A stretch of 62,966 nucleotides of DNA, counting the filler, from Guillardia theta CCMP2712 (Eukaryota > Protista > Cryptophyta): the NCBI RefSeq assembly GCF_000315625.1. It is 6 parts of 6 records of this genome, joined end to end, with 100 filler letters (N's around TTAATTAATTAA, not from the genome) between each part and the next. Parts side by side here need not be neighbours in the genome. Positions count along the whole stretch, not along the records: positions 1 to 18,007 come from NW_005434513.1; positions 18,108 to 41,724 come from NW_005434369.1; 4 more parts are not named here. The stretch is one strand, 5' to 3'. Below are positions 11,478 through 24,100 of this stretch, piece after piece. The notes under the pieces are model-generated. The model saw nothing but the letters and a program-made list of their open reading frames with translations. It was not told the origin of the DNA and did not search any database. The translations under genes were made by a program, and so were the position numbers. Each line of letters opens with the position of its first letter. Position 1 is the first letter of the stretch.

Positions 11478-13041
11478 TCGCATATGCTGCCCCCCCCGCA
11501 TCCCTTGCAGACCGATCTCACCCGCCCGTGCTCGCATATGCTGCCCCCCCCGCATCCCTTGCATTGCGATCGGACCCGCCCGTGGTCTCATTCTCTGTCC
11601 CTTGGTATTGAGAAATAATAATCAATGCAGCACGTGCTCGCACATGCTGCTGCCCCCGCACTCCTTGCATCTCGATCGCTCCCGCCCGTGCTCGCATATG
11701 CTGCTGCCCCCGCATCCCTTGCAATGCGATCGCCGCCGCCCGTGCTCGCATATGCTGCCCCCCCCGCACTCCTTGCATGTTGATCGCTCCCGCCCGTGCT
11801 CGCATATGCTCCTGCCCCCGCATCCCTTGCATCCCGATCGCCGCCGCCCGTGCTCGCATATGCTGGTGCCCCCGCATCCCTTGCATACCGATCTCACCCG
11901 CCCGTGCTCGCATATGCTGCCCCCCCCGCACTCCTTGCATCCCGATCGCTGCCGCCCGTGCTCGCATATGCTGCTGCCCCCGCATCCCTTGCAATGCGAT
12001 CGCCGCCGCCCGTGCTCGCATATGCTGCTGCCCCCGCACTCCTTGCATGTTCCTGCCCCCGCATCCCTTGCATCCCGATCGCCGCCGCCCGTGCTCGCAT
12101 ATGCTGGTGCCCCCGCATCCCTTGCATACCGATCTCACCCGCCCGTGCTCGCATATGCTGCCCCCCCCGCATCCCTTGCAGACCGATCTCACCCGCCCGT
12201 GCTCGCATATGCTGCCCCCCCCGCATCCCTTGCATTGCGATCGGACCCGCCCGTGCTCGCATATGCTGCTGCCCCCGCATTCCTTGCATCTCGATCGCTC
12301 CCGCCCGTGCTCGCACATGCTGCTGCCCCCGCACTCCTTGCATCTCGATCGCTCCCGCCCGTGCTCGCATATGCTGCTGCCCCCGCATCCCTTGCAATGC
12401 GATCGCCGCCGCCCGTGCTCGCATATGCTGCCCCCCCCGCACTCCTTGCATGTTGATCGCTCCCGCCCGTGCTCGCATATGCTCCTGCCCCCGCATCCCT
12501 TGCATCCCGATCGCCGCCGCCCGTGCTCGCATATGCTGGTGCCCCCGCATCCCTTGCATACCGATCTCACCCGCCCGTGCTCGCATATGCTGCTGCCCCC
12601 GCACTCCTTACATCCCGATCGCTGCCGCCCGTGCTCGCATATGCTGCTGCCCCCGCATCCCTTGCAATGCGATCGCCGCCGCCCGTGCTCGCATATGCTG
12701 CCCCCCCCGCAGCCCTTGCAGACCGATCTCACCCGCCCGTGCTCGCATATGCTGCTGCCCCCGCAGCCCTTGCATACTGATCGGACCCGCCCGTGCTCGC
12801 ATATGCTGCTGCCCCCGCAGTCCTTGCATCCTGATCGGACCCGCCCGTGCTCGCATATGCTGCCGCCCCCGCACTCCTTGCATCTCGATCGCCGCCGTCC
12901 ATGCTCGCATGTACTTCCTTGTGTTGGCGATCTCTTCTTCGCTCTCTTTGCGTTTGCTTCCATTTCTCTCTCCTCTCTCGCCTCGTCTGATCCCTCCAGC
13001 CTTCTCCTCTTGCTCGATCTGCTACCTCCTACAGCCGACAT
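11478..13041 (-). pseudogene. Paralogous CEHGR repeat gene with ~25 units, frameshifted near 12050 and interrupted at ~11585-11630
   Basis: Same N-terminus (MSAVGGSRSSKRRRLE); 16 in-frame units, then a fused/deleted unit shifts the frame; repeats continue in another frame (ORF 11622-11897) and resume after a ~46-bp non-repeat insert. Confidence 0.75.
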
Positions 13042-13224
13042 GTTGCGCTGTCACTCATCCCCCTCATACACCAGTACCTTTGGTACACCATCGTACGTGG
13101 CTCACGCCCAGCGAGCCTGTAATAGGGTGAATGCCCCGATGGGCACAGCAGGCTGGAAAGTGGGCATGAAGAGACGAGAAGGAGGAGGTGGGGAGGAGGA
13201 AGGCACAGGAGTAGAAGGAAGGCT

Positions 13225-13350
13225 GAGTAGTAGTAGTAGGAGGTGGAAGGCGTGGAGTAGTAGTAGTAGTAGTAGTAGCAATTGTAGTAGTAGTAGTAGT
13301 GGTAGTTGTGGTGGTTGTGGTAGTAGTAGTAGTGGTAGTGGTAGTAGTAG

Positions 13351-13386
<36 letters not shown>

Positions 13387-13559
13387 TAGTAGTAGTAGTA
13401 GTAGGAGGAGGAGGAGGAGGAGGAGGAGGAGGAGGAGGAGGAGGAGGAGGAGGAGGAGTAGGAGTAGGAGTAGGAGTAGGAGTAGTGGTAGTGGTAGTAG
13501 CAGCACCAGCACCAGCACCAGCACCAGCACCAGCAGCAGTAGTAGGAGCAGGAGCAGGG

Positions 13560-13641
<82 letters not shown>

Positions 13642-13642
13642 A

Positions 13643-13681
<39 letters not shown>

Positions 13682-13682
13682 A
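13225..13682. repeat. Compound microsatellite (AGT)n/(AGG)n/(AGCACC)n/(AGCAGG)n
   Basis: Direct reading. Confidence 0.95.
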
Positions 13683-14052
13683 AGGCAGAGGAAGAAGATA
13701 GGTGTTCTAACCTTGTGTTCACTCCGTTTCATCTCATTGACACGACTTCGCTTGCTTCCCTTCCTCCTCCATCCTCGTCCTCATTCCACCTCCATGCACA
13801 ACTCTCAGCCTCAAAATTTTCACAAATCAAAGTTAGAGCGAACGGAGAAAGGAGGAGCGTATGTTGGAAGATGATGGTGGGGAGAAAACAGACAAGGACG
13901 ACAACGGGGGCCTCTGTTGACGTTGCTTGCTGCAGGTCAAATGTGAAGAGTTCAGGCCAGTCAAGGTGCTCTTGAATGCCAGTGTCAGTGCTCGACGTCA
14001 TCTGATCTCGAAGATCTCCCGCTCATTCGGGGTTTGAGGACGCACGTAGACG

Positions 14053-16053
14053 ATGGGAGGAGGGGAAACTGACTTGAAGGTTCCTCTGTCACTAAGGCAG
14101 GTTATCTACCTCCTCGATCGCTACGGTCTCTCCTCCCTTGACGACCCCACGAAAAGGCCCAAGACAACCGCTGGGACCCTCGTCACCCTCGTCACGGCAT
14201 TCGTCTCCCTCACCCTCCTTGCACTGACCATCTCGACCTGGGCGACTCTGCAGTCATCTATCAGGCTAGGGGGACATGCTCAGCTCAACGGGTTGTACAT
14301 GAACAGGAAGGTTGGCAACAGCACAGGGCAGCTGTCAGTGCAGACATGGCAGCAGTTCTACAACCCGTCGTTGGTGCTGACGTTTGACGAGAAGATAATT
14401 TCCTTCCAGAGAACGACTGACAAGCGCGCAATCTTCAAAGTTGACATCACTGACCTCAACGGTTATCACAAGACTTTCACTTCCGACTTGTCAAGCACGC
14501 CCGTTGGCTTCGCCATCTCTACCAACCATGAGGTCCCGCTCAACAGTTTTGACCAGAGGGTGCAGAAGACTGTAGCGAACGATCGCCCCGACGTGCAGTT
14601 GAACTTGCAGGCTACCAGACTCTACTCACAGGTTGTCAACTCAGTGGAGACTTTGCAGATCGTTCGGTTGTTGCAGTCAGGCAGTCTGCTGCAGACAACA
14701 GCATTCCAGGATCACTCAGTGATGCTTCTTCTCAGGTTTGATCCAAGTCAGATCAAGACATTGAAGAGATGCCAGCTTTACATTGGCCTTTACAACGAGG
14801 GAGAGTTTCAAACCCTTGCCAACAACGGTCTCATCACTTCTGCAAAGTACAGGTCCAAAGATTTCTTCGATGCGCAAGCCAGTAGCGACATCATATGGAT
14901 TCCACAGAGTTTCGGATCTGACGGAACTTTCAAGTACAACATCAACCTCGTGACAGTTAAGAAGAATTATACGAGGTCGTCTCTTGACGGCTTTCTGAGC
15001 AAGCAGATTTCACCAGGAGTTCCTCTTGTGGTCTCGGACAAGACAAACTTCATGGATTGGAGCTATGTGATCAACTACGTCAACAACTTCAACTACACTG
15101 TCCAGCAGGCAACATGCGATGGATCTTCGAGCTTCACCTCTACCTACATCCGCGGTGTTCCTTTCGATCAACTCAACGACACTTGTCTTGTCTTGCCAGG
15201 TGTCTTCACATGGCCTGACACTCCTTTTGACATCTTGATTGAGTGTTTTGCTATCTACGAAAGGGTTCGGGTCAGGTCAGTATCTTCTTCAGCGGACCGC
15301 AGACAACAGCTGTTGTTCATTGACAGAGTCTCCAACCTCTCAACTCAGTCTCGCATCCCGACTGACCTCTCCTCTCTCCTCTCTCCGCCTCCCAACTCCT
15401 CCTCGGGCTCCTGGGTCTGCCCGTTGGAGTGGTACGGCGACGGAGCATGCAACTGTGAATGCGGGAGCGTCGACGTAGACTGTCTTGCTGGTATCCGACA
15501 GGGCCCGAGCATCGCTGAGACAGGATGTGACAGCAGCTATGCCTATGGACCCTACTGCTCCGTCATGGGAAGGTGTTGGAAGGATTTTTTAGTCACTCTC
15601 ACTGTCTCCTCTGGCTGCCCTGCCGGCTCCCTCCACCTCCCTGGAGACACCGTCCTCCTCGGCTACCAAGGGGACATGGCGGAGTACTCGTCCTCGTCCT
15701 CCTCCTCCTCCTCCTCCTCCTCTCCAGTCTGCGAACAGTGCCCAGGGGACACGCTGTTCGGAGGACGCGCGTACATGATGGGACCGGACCGAAGCATCTT
15801 GTGTAACCCTCCAGCTCTAGCCTGGATCCCCTCGGACCTCAACTGTCAGGATCAGGAGATGGGATGGGGGAGGGTAAGAGAGGAAGGGAACGCTAGCTCA
15901 GTGCTGCTGCGGGGATGGGTGCGGCAGGAGCTGAAGTTTCCCAGCCCGCAAAAGCAGGGCGATATGCTTCTGGCAGTGATGAGGATGGGGAGATGGTCGG
16001 ATGAGGTGAGGAGGAGGATGGAGGATGGAGGTGCTTAGGATGATGATGATTGA

Positions 16054-16117
<64 letters not shown>

Positions 16118-16170
16118 GAGATGATGATGATGATTGAGATGATGGAGATGATGATGATGATGATGATGGA

Positions 16171-16237
<67 letters not shown>

Positions 16238-16290
16238 GAGATGATGATGATGATTGAGATGATGGAGATGATGATGATGATGATGATGGA

Positions 16291-16357
<67 letters not shown>

Positions 16358-17990
16358 ATGATGATGATGATTGAGATGATGATGATGATTGAGATGATGG
16401 AGATGGTGGTGGAGATGATGATGATCGAAGACATTCACTCTCAACCTTCAGGTCTTCATCCGCAGTGTCTCACAAACTCCCGAAGGACTCGCAACTTTCT
16501 CACTCAGCCCCGGGCGAGCAACAACTTCCTCCATCATCTTTCCTCGAGGAGACCTCACCTTTGCTCTTAACCCTTCTCGCTCCTGTCCTTACGGTCTGGT
16601 CGGTGAACTTGCCAGTGTCGTGTCAACTTCCTCTGTCAGTCTTACAGTCCTCTTGCCAGTCAATGCCGAGCAGATTTTCCCTGACGTTCTTCGTACTGGT
16701 TTCTATTTCCCCACCATCAGTGAGCAGGGTGGAAACAGTTCGGGTTACGACGTGCATATCAGTGGACGTACTTTCCACATCTCTCAGGTCAGCAGGATGC
16801 AGCGAGTTGATTGGACAGGAACAGACAGGTATGTTCAGACGCTGTTCATGAAACAGCACGCAGTGGTCAACTTGGGGCAGACAGCTTTCTTGTCTTCAGA
16901 TGCGATGCAAGGGTCGATGGTCTTGAACGTCACGAGTGCAAGTTTGTTCCGAGGGTCGAGAGACTTCGTTTCAAGTTGCAACGCCTCTTGCTCTGTCCCG
17001 AGTCTGCACGTGCTGTCAAGGGGAAAGCACTTTGTGTACTCGGTGAAGTCGTTTGACAACTCGACGCGGGTAGTCGAGCTTGTTGAGCAGATCAGAGAGG
17101 ATGTGTACCAAGGAGATGAAGTTTATGTTGTTGCTACACAATCATCGTCCACAACCAAGAGATTCATCGGATGTGACGATGAGTTCAGTGTCAAGGTGTA
17201 CTCTGTTCAAGAGCTCCTCGTGGTAGGCAGCGGAAACCCGTACAACCCGCGTGACAGGAGTCAAGGAACTTTCCAGGAGCCGGCGGCGAACGTTGACAAG
17301 CTCAACTTACAGGCTTCGCTCTTCTTCAACCCCCTGAGCAAGCAGCAGGAGAGGCCGCTCTGCCCAGACATCGTCTCCCCCGTAGCCCCCAAGCCCTCGA
17401 AGCAGTACGACATGAACGACTGGGATCAGTGGACCATATTCAGACAGGCCAACGTCAGCTCATGTGCGGAGACGACAGACCTGACGAAAGTTTGTGCGAT
17501 GGTGATAGAAGACTACCTCACAGCTCGACAGTCTTGCTCGACTCTGATGCCTCCGACGTCCATCTCTTCGTTCAAGTACAACTTCCCTGTGAACAACAAG
17601 TGGATCACGAAGTTCCCTCTCAACGACAGGAATGTTTTGAACGACCCAGGTTGACGATATTTGTACTCTCTCCGCTCTTACAATGGTCATTTCTCTCGTT
17701 TCCTCCTGCTCCTCTCCTTCTGTTGATTGTCTTGCTATTCCTCTCCTCTCCTCCTCTCCTCCTCTCCTCCTCTCCTCCTCTCCCCCTCTCCTCCTCCTCT
17801 CCTCCTCTCCTCCTCTCCTCCTCTCCTCCTCTCCTCCTCTTTTCTTCTTCTATCTCAGACTTTCTTACTTTTGCCTCCCAGAATTTCTCATGGACATTGC
17901 ATTCGACTATCACTTCATCTACGACTCTTCCACCATCACCACTGACCAAACGTTTAATCAAGATCAACCAGCCGGAGGAGACAAAACTCT
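14053..17990 (+). CDS. Large multi-exon membrane-anchored/secreted protein of unknown function with a Cys-rich LNR-like motif; 3' end runs into a gap
   Basis: Long coding-like ORFs 14053-16038 and 16620-17654; N-terminal hydrophobic helix (TLVTLVTAFVSLTLLALTI); motif WVCPLEWYGDGACNCECGSVDVDC; N-glycosylation sequons. Confidence 0.65.
16040..16424. repeat. Intronic (GAT)n microsatellite with a 120-bp higher-order duplication
   Basis: 16081-16200 is identical to 16201-16320, including the GATTGA/GGAGAT interruptions. Confidence 0.9.
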
Positions 17991-18107
17991 CTCCTCCTCC
18001 TCCTCCTNNNNNNNNNNNNNNNNNNNNNNNNNNNNNNNNNNNNNNNNNNNNTTAATTAATTAANNNNNNNNNNNNNNNNNNNNNNNNNNNNNNNNNNNNN
18101 NNNNNNN

Positions 18108-18224
<117 letters not shown>

Positions 18225-19588
18225 ATCTTTGATATCATGACTGAAATTTCTGTCAAACAGATCAAACAACCAGAAGATGACAAGGTGCTGCTGCTGCTGC
18301 TACTCTTCCTTCGTTCCTCCTCCCCTCCCTTCCTCCTCTTCTTTCTCCTTCCCTCCTCCTCCTCATCCTCCTGCTTCCTCCATTCAGGTACTTATCTTTC
18401 TCTCAGTGGTTCACTGGGTCCGTCGAGCTGTGCGGAGGAACACATCTCTCAAACACCCGACAAGCTGAAAGTTTCGCGCTAGTGCAGGTCAATCCCTCTC
18501 GCCTCCTCTTCCTCCTCCTTCCTCTCCAACTCTTGCTCCCTCCTACTTCCTTTCTCCTCCCCTTGCTCCCCCTTCCCCTCTCTCCTCCCTCATCTTGTCT
18601 CTCTCCTCTGCCCTCTATCTTGTCAGTTCCTTCGTTTCTTCCTCGCACTTTTGTGCCCTCCCCTTCCTCCCCTTCCTCCCCTTCCCTTCTCTCTCTCTTC
18701 TACCCTCCCCTCCCTCCCTCCCTCCCCTCTCCTATCCCTCATCCTACTGCATTTTCTTTCCCCCACCTTTTCCTCTGCTCTGCTCTGCTCTGCTCTGCTC
18801 TGCTCTGCTCTGCTCTGCTCTGCTCTGCTCTGCTGTCTCCTAATCTCCTCTGATCCTTCTGCAGGAGGAGGCTGTTGCCAAAGGAATTCGTCGCATCACG
18901 GCAGTTACCAAGGATCTCGCAAAACAGGTGAGCAGCTTATCCAACAGACTTCTTATCCTCTTCACTTCTTTTCCTCTCTTTTCTTCTCCACTGTTTTCGC
19001 CTGTCTTTCCCTCTTGACTCTTTTCTCCTTTCATCTCATCTTCCTTCTCCTTCTCTTCCTTTCTAATCTTCCTCTACAACAATCTTCCTCATCCAACAAC
19101 AAACAATTACGCATACATGGTCTTGTTCTCGTTCATTTTCCTCCTCGTTCTCTCCTTCTATTTTCTACCTTCCACTTGTATGACAGTACTGGTGACCAGG
19201 CCATTGAGAAAGGGCACGATCTAGAGGTAAAGCTCCTGTCTCCTCGCGTCAATTCTCTCCTCTCCTCTCCTCTCCCTTCTTTTCTCTTCCCCCTTCCTCC
19301 TCTGCTTCCCTCCCTCATGCTCCTCTCAGTCGCGTGTCCGCGCTGCTGGCAACGGAGAGTCTCTAGATCAGCTCGGCGTGACGCTCAACAACCTCAGACA
19401 GGAGCTCGACGCTGCTGTGAGTCAAACTCTTCTCCTGCTCCTCCTGCTCCTGCTCCTCCTGCTCCACCGCCTCTTTCTCCTCCTTCCCCTTCTCCCTTCC
19501 TTCTCCTCTCTCCTTCTCCTTCTCCTTCTCCTTCTCCTTCTCCTTCTCCTTCTCCTCTTCCTCCTCCTCTTCTTCCTCCTCCTCCTCC

Positions 19589-19633
<45 letters not shown>

Positions 19634-20971
19634 TTCCTGTTCTTCTTGTTCTTCCTGCTCCTCCTCCTTCACCACCGCTACCGCCATTGCGTCCTCTTTT
19701 CCTTCTCCAATCACATTCTACCTTGACTTTGTCCCCTCCCCTGTTCATCCTTGTGCTCTTCTTCATGTGCAGCTCCTGGTTGACCTGATGCCCTGCAGGT
19801 CATTTCGGCTCCTCTCAAGTCGCAGCTGAGGGGCGAGCTGGAAGTGAAAAGCAAGGTGACCAGGAAGAGAAGAGGAGGGGAAGAAGCGAAGAGAGGAAGG
19901 CAGGGACAGGACAGGACAGGACAGGACAGGACAGGGACTGACAATGATCGCAGGCTTACCTTGCTGAGAAGAAAAGCTTGCTGCCTCGATGATCAACAAG
20001 CAGATCGAGAAGGTGAGGGTCGGGTGAGGGGAGGCTGCCAGAGGAAGAAGGGAGATGGATGGAGGGACAGGGGTTGGAGGGGGACAGGAAGGCCGAAGAT
20101 GGTTGAGCAGGATGGCGAGCAGGAGGACTTATGTCATGAGCAGGCGACGGCAGACCTGAAGATGGTGGGAGATGCGAAGTTTGCGATCTTGAAAGTTGAA
20201 GGAGGTGGAGACGCGAAGCAGCTCAAGAGCATCATGCAAGCCCTAAGCAAGTCGTCGCCTGGTCAAGCTTTGCTGCTGATCGCTGAGGTAGGACGAGGAG
20301 AGAAGAGAAGAGAGAGGAAAGGGACGAGGAGAGAAGAGAAGAGAGAGGAAAGGGACGAGGAGAGAAGAGAAGAGAGAGGAAAGGGACGAGGAGAGAAGAG
20401 AAGAGAGAGGAAAGGGACGAGGAGAGAAGAGAAGAGAGAGGAAAGGGACGAGAATAGTAGGACGAGGAGAGAAGAGAAGAGAGAGGAAAGGGACGAGGAG
20501 AGAAGAGAAGCGAGAGGAAAGGGCAGAGAATAGGAGGAGGAATCAGGGAAGACAGATCCATGAGAACGAGGATGAGAAGGGCAGAATGAGAGGAAGGGAA
20601 GAGGAGGAGGAGCATCTGACTGGGGAGCAGGAGGACGGGAAAGCTTTCTTGCTTGCACAAGTCCCGGCAGAACTTGCCAACGTGCTCAAGGCCAACGAGT
20701 GGCTGTCGGAGGCCCTCGCTGTGGGAGGAGGACGAGGAGGAGGAAAAGCTGACTCCGCTCAAGGCCAGGTGAGAAGATGGAGGACGAGCGGGGAAGGGTA
20801 GAAGAGGAGTGGGGAGGGGGATAGATAGAAGAGTAGCAGGAGCGGGAAGAGGACGTGGAGGAGGAGGAGGAGGAGGTGTTGAAATGGTGACGATGAAAGC
20901 AGGTTGACTCGAACAAGTTGGAGGAAGTCAAGAAGAAGGCGGAGGAGGTGGCGAGCAGTCAACTCAAGTGA
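18225..20971 (+). CDS. AARS: Alanyl-tRNA synthetase, C-terminal exons (SAD/editing domain and DHHA1); 5' part lies in or beyond the gap
   Basis: Spliced exons give SVELCGGTHLSNTRQAESFALVQ/EEAVAKGIRRITAVTKD and LKANEWLSEALAVGGGRGGGKADSAQGQ, both hallmark AlaRS motifs; TGA at 20969-20971. Confidence 0.9.
20290..20525. repeat. Intronic ~31-bp purine minisatellite (GGACGAGGAGAGAAGAGAAGAGAGAGGAAAG)
   Basis: About 7 tandem copies inside an AlaRS intron. Confidence 0.9.
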
Positions 20972-21153
20972 GAACTTCAGCAAGTCTTGATAGGAAAAAC
21001 TTTATCAAACGACTTAACAAGATTTACAAAAGATACAAGTGGAAATCTCCTCCTCCTCCTCCTCCTCCTCCTCCTGTTATCACTTTCTCCTTTCCCGTTC
21101 GCCCCTCCAACCTCCCTCTGCTCAGCCCTTTACATTCTGACATAAATCACTCC

Positions 21154-24100
21154 TTAGCATTCTTCTCCAGCACAACCATTCACACGTCTCTCCCCTGCTG
21201 CTGGATTTCTTTCCATCGCTTCCTCCACCTGCTCCTCCCCCTTCTCCACGTCCACCTTCTCACCCTCACCCTCGTCATGACCGTTGCTCGCATCCCCTGC
21301 TGGATCGATTTCCTTGTCCCTTTCGTTCCAGAACTGCAGCGCTCCTAGAACAAGGTCACTCTGCAGCTCAGGAGCTTCAGGCTCGGGTGCGATCTGCTTG
21401 AGGGGAGTGGGAGGAGAGCTGATGATGATGTTGTTAGCCGACGACGTCCTTACGAGATCCTTCAACAGCACAGTGAGCGGAGACCAGAGCGAGGCTGGAG
21501 GTGGAGTGGGGAGGAGGAAAGTGATCGGAGTGGGTTAGGAGAACACAGGGAAGTGACCAAAGGAAGCAGGACCGAGGAGGGCAAGGAGAAGAGAAGAGAG
21601 GAAGGATGGTAGCGGTTAGGAGGTGGAAGTGGGGGGAGGGGGTCATACATGTTCTCCTGTGGGACCATCATCGAACAGCAGACCATGACCGAGTGCCTTC
21701 CCCTCGATCCAGAAGGTTTTCATCAAACCCTTCCCCTTGACCTCGATGTCTCCTCGCGGTAGGAGCACAATCTCCTTCGCCCAGTCGTAGTTCGAGTTGG
21801 CTGCTTGCACCTCAATGAGCTTCGCCGTCCTCTGAGAGCCCGTCAGACTTCGAAAGAAGGAAGAGGGGGGCAGGACAGAGGCAGAGGAGAAAGGTGGTAG
21901 AGTGTGAGGAATGGCATGTGCTGAGAGGACACAACTTAGCAAGTAAACATGTAAAGAGGGAAGAGGGGAGGGGAGCGAGGCAGAAAGCGGAACTGACCAA
22001 AGAGCAGTGGATTTTGCTTGGGAGAGAGTTCGATTCCATCCTCGACGCAGTGTTCACCGTGTCCCCAAAGAGAGTATACTTAGGCCGCCTCGTCCCCACC
22101 ACGTTGGCCACGATTGGGCCCGAGTGGATTCCGACGCGGATCTGGACGTATCCTTTCTCAGGTGCTTCTGTGTCGATGAGGGTCGAGTTGGCGGCATAGA
22201 GAGCTTCGATAGCAAACCTGGCGATGAGGAGCGCGTGCTGATGTTCCTGCTCCTCGACGAGGTTGGTGATGGCCATGTAGGCGTCGCCGATAGTTTCAAG
22301 CTTGTAAATGCCGAGCTCATGTGAGAGACGGTCAAACACGGAGTAGAGTCGGTCAAGCATGTCAGAGATTTTCCCAGGCGCGAGATCGCATGACATAGTG
22401 GTGAAGCCAACGATGTCAGAGAAGAAGATGGTGACTAGGTCCTTGTGCTCAGGCTCAACCTTTCTGCCCTCCTGCAGAGCCTCAGCGATGTGCTTGGGGA
22501 AAAGGTCGTAGAGCAGCGCGTTTGACCGATTCTCCCACTCCTCATTCGAGTCAACGGAAAGGAGGCGAGAGACGCTGTTTGATCGCGACCTCCTGAGCTT
22601 TGAGCGCGACGAACGAATGCTTCTGTCCGTCGCCAGCGAGCCTTGAATCTGTCCATGCACGTCAAACTGCTCCTCCGCATCCAGAGCTCGCAGCCTCCTC
22701 TCGATCTCGTCAAAGTGCGGCCGAGCTTCCGCATGCTTGTTCCAGCAGTCCTTCATCAAGCTCGCTGCGTCCTTGGGAACAGCGGGCGGAATGTAAGGCC
22801 TTTTCTCTACCTCTCTGTCAACATTTGCGACCTCCTCCAGCACCTTCGCTATGTCCTCCCCTTCGTACGGATCCTTTCTACTGTAGACTTCTGAGAGGAG
22901 GATGCCGAAGGCGTACACGTCCGAGGCTGGCGTGCTCTGCCCTCCCCTTAGCAGCTCCGGCGCCATCCAGAGAGGAGTGCCGAAGGTCGACTTCGTCCGC
23001 CTACCAAATCGCTTCTTCTGCGTGAAACCGAAGTCTGCGACCTTTGCGCGAAAGCTCGAGTCCACGAGCACGTTCTGTGCCTTTAGGTCTCCGTGTATGA
23101 TCATCGGACGAGCCGCATGGAGGAAGCGGATCCCTTGCGCGATGTCGCAGAGGATGGGGAGGATGAGCTCTCCCTCTATCACAGCTGTGTCGTTGTGGAG
23201 AAGGTCGTAGAGGGATCCGTACTCCATGCACTCCATGACAAGCATCGGCTCTCCGTGTCTGTCAACCACTGCTCCCATGATTGTAGTGATACAAGGATGC
23301 CTAAGCTTCGAGAGCAGGCGCATCTCCTCTATGAACTCATGCTTCATCTGAGTGTGCTTGTCGCCCATCAGCAACTTCATCACTGAGCAGCCCAGCTTCT
23401 GTGCTTTGCTTCCTCCCGAGCCCGACGATGGAGGTGAACGGTTCGAGGAGAACGATGAGTTGAAGGATGACATTCCTGTAGGCGTCATGGGGCCGGCAGG
23501 ACAATCCTGCAACGCCTGCACTGTTACCCCAACCAGGTTGTCCGATCCACGACGAACGATCCCTTCTTCCTCTGTCTTGTTCAAGCTGCTCACCCGGGTT
23601 AAGGATCCAAAAGAATTCGATGACATCGGCCGGAAAAATCCACTCTGGGTACCGCTTTCAGGTCGAAGCAAGCCGCTACCGCCCGAGGAGTAAGGGTCCA
23701 TACTTCGGAATGCAAAGGCTGCGTCGCCCGAGGCAAAGATGGAGTCGCGTTTCCTCCCTTTGCGAGGAGGAATCACTCTCTTGACTGCGACGTTCGTCCC
23801 TCTGTACTCTGCCTTGAGCACGATGCCAAAGGTTCCTCTTCCAAGCACCTCAATAGGCTCTGCAAACTTGAGCTCATCTCTCCTGACTTCCCACAATGAG
23901 TCTGACTGTTTCCTCTTGATCCCGATGTAGGTCCAGCCGAGGAAGATGAAGATAAGGATTGCTGCTCCAAATGTAGAACCAGTAACCATCACAATCTTTC
24001 CAGTGCTCCAGGACGTGTCCACTGGTGGACGGACGCTGCAAGGGCAAGGACCATCGTAGAGGTTAGGATCGTATTTGGGAGGAGGCCAGAGCGGGTCGTT

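Noticed and set aside
9371-13041. 54-bp repeats as a CRISPR-like array, and the opposite-strand ORFs (PCSHMLLPPH)n
   Set aside because: Variation is codon-structured in the CEHGR frame; the other frames are shadows of the repeat.
18052-18063. TTAATTAATTAA palindrome centred in N-runs (also ~41769, 47871, 52146, 61466)
   Set aside because: Identical in five gaps and gives stops in all frames; an assembly gap spacer, not biology.
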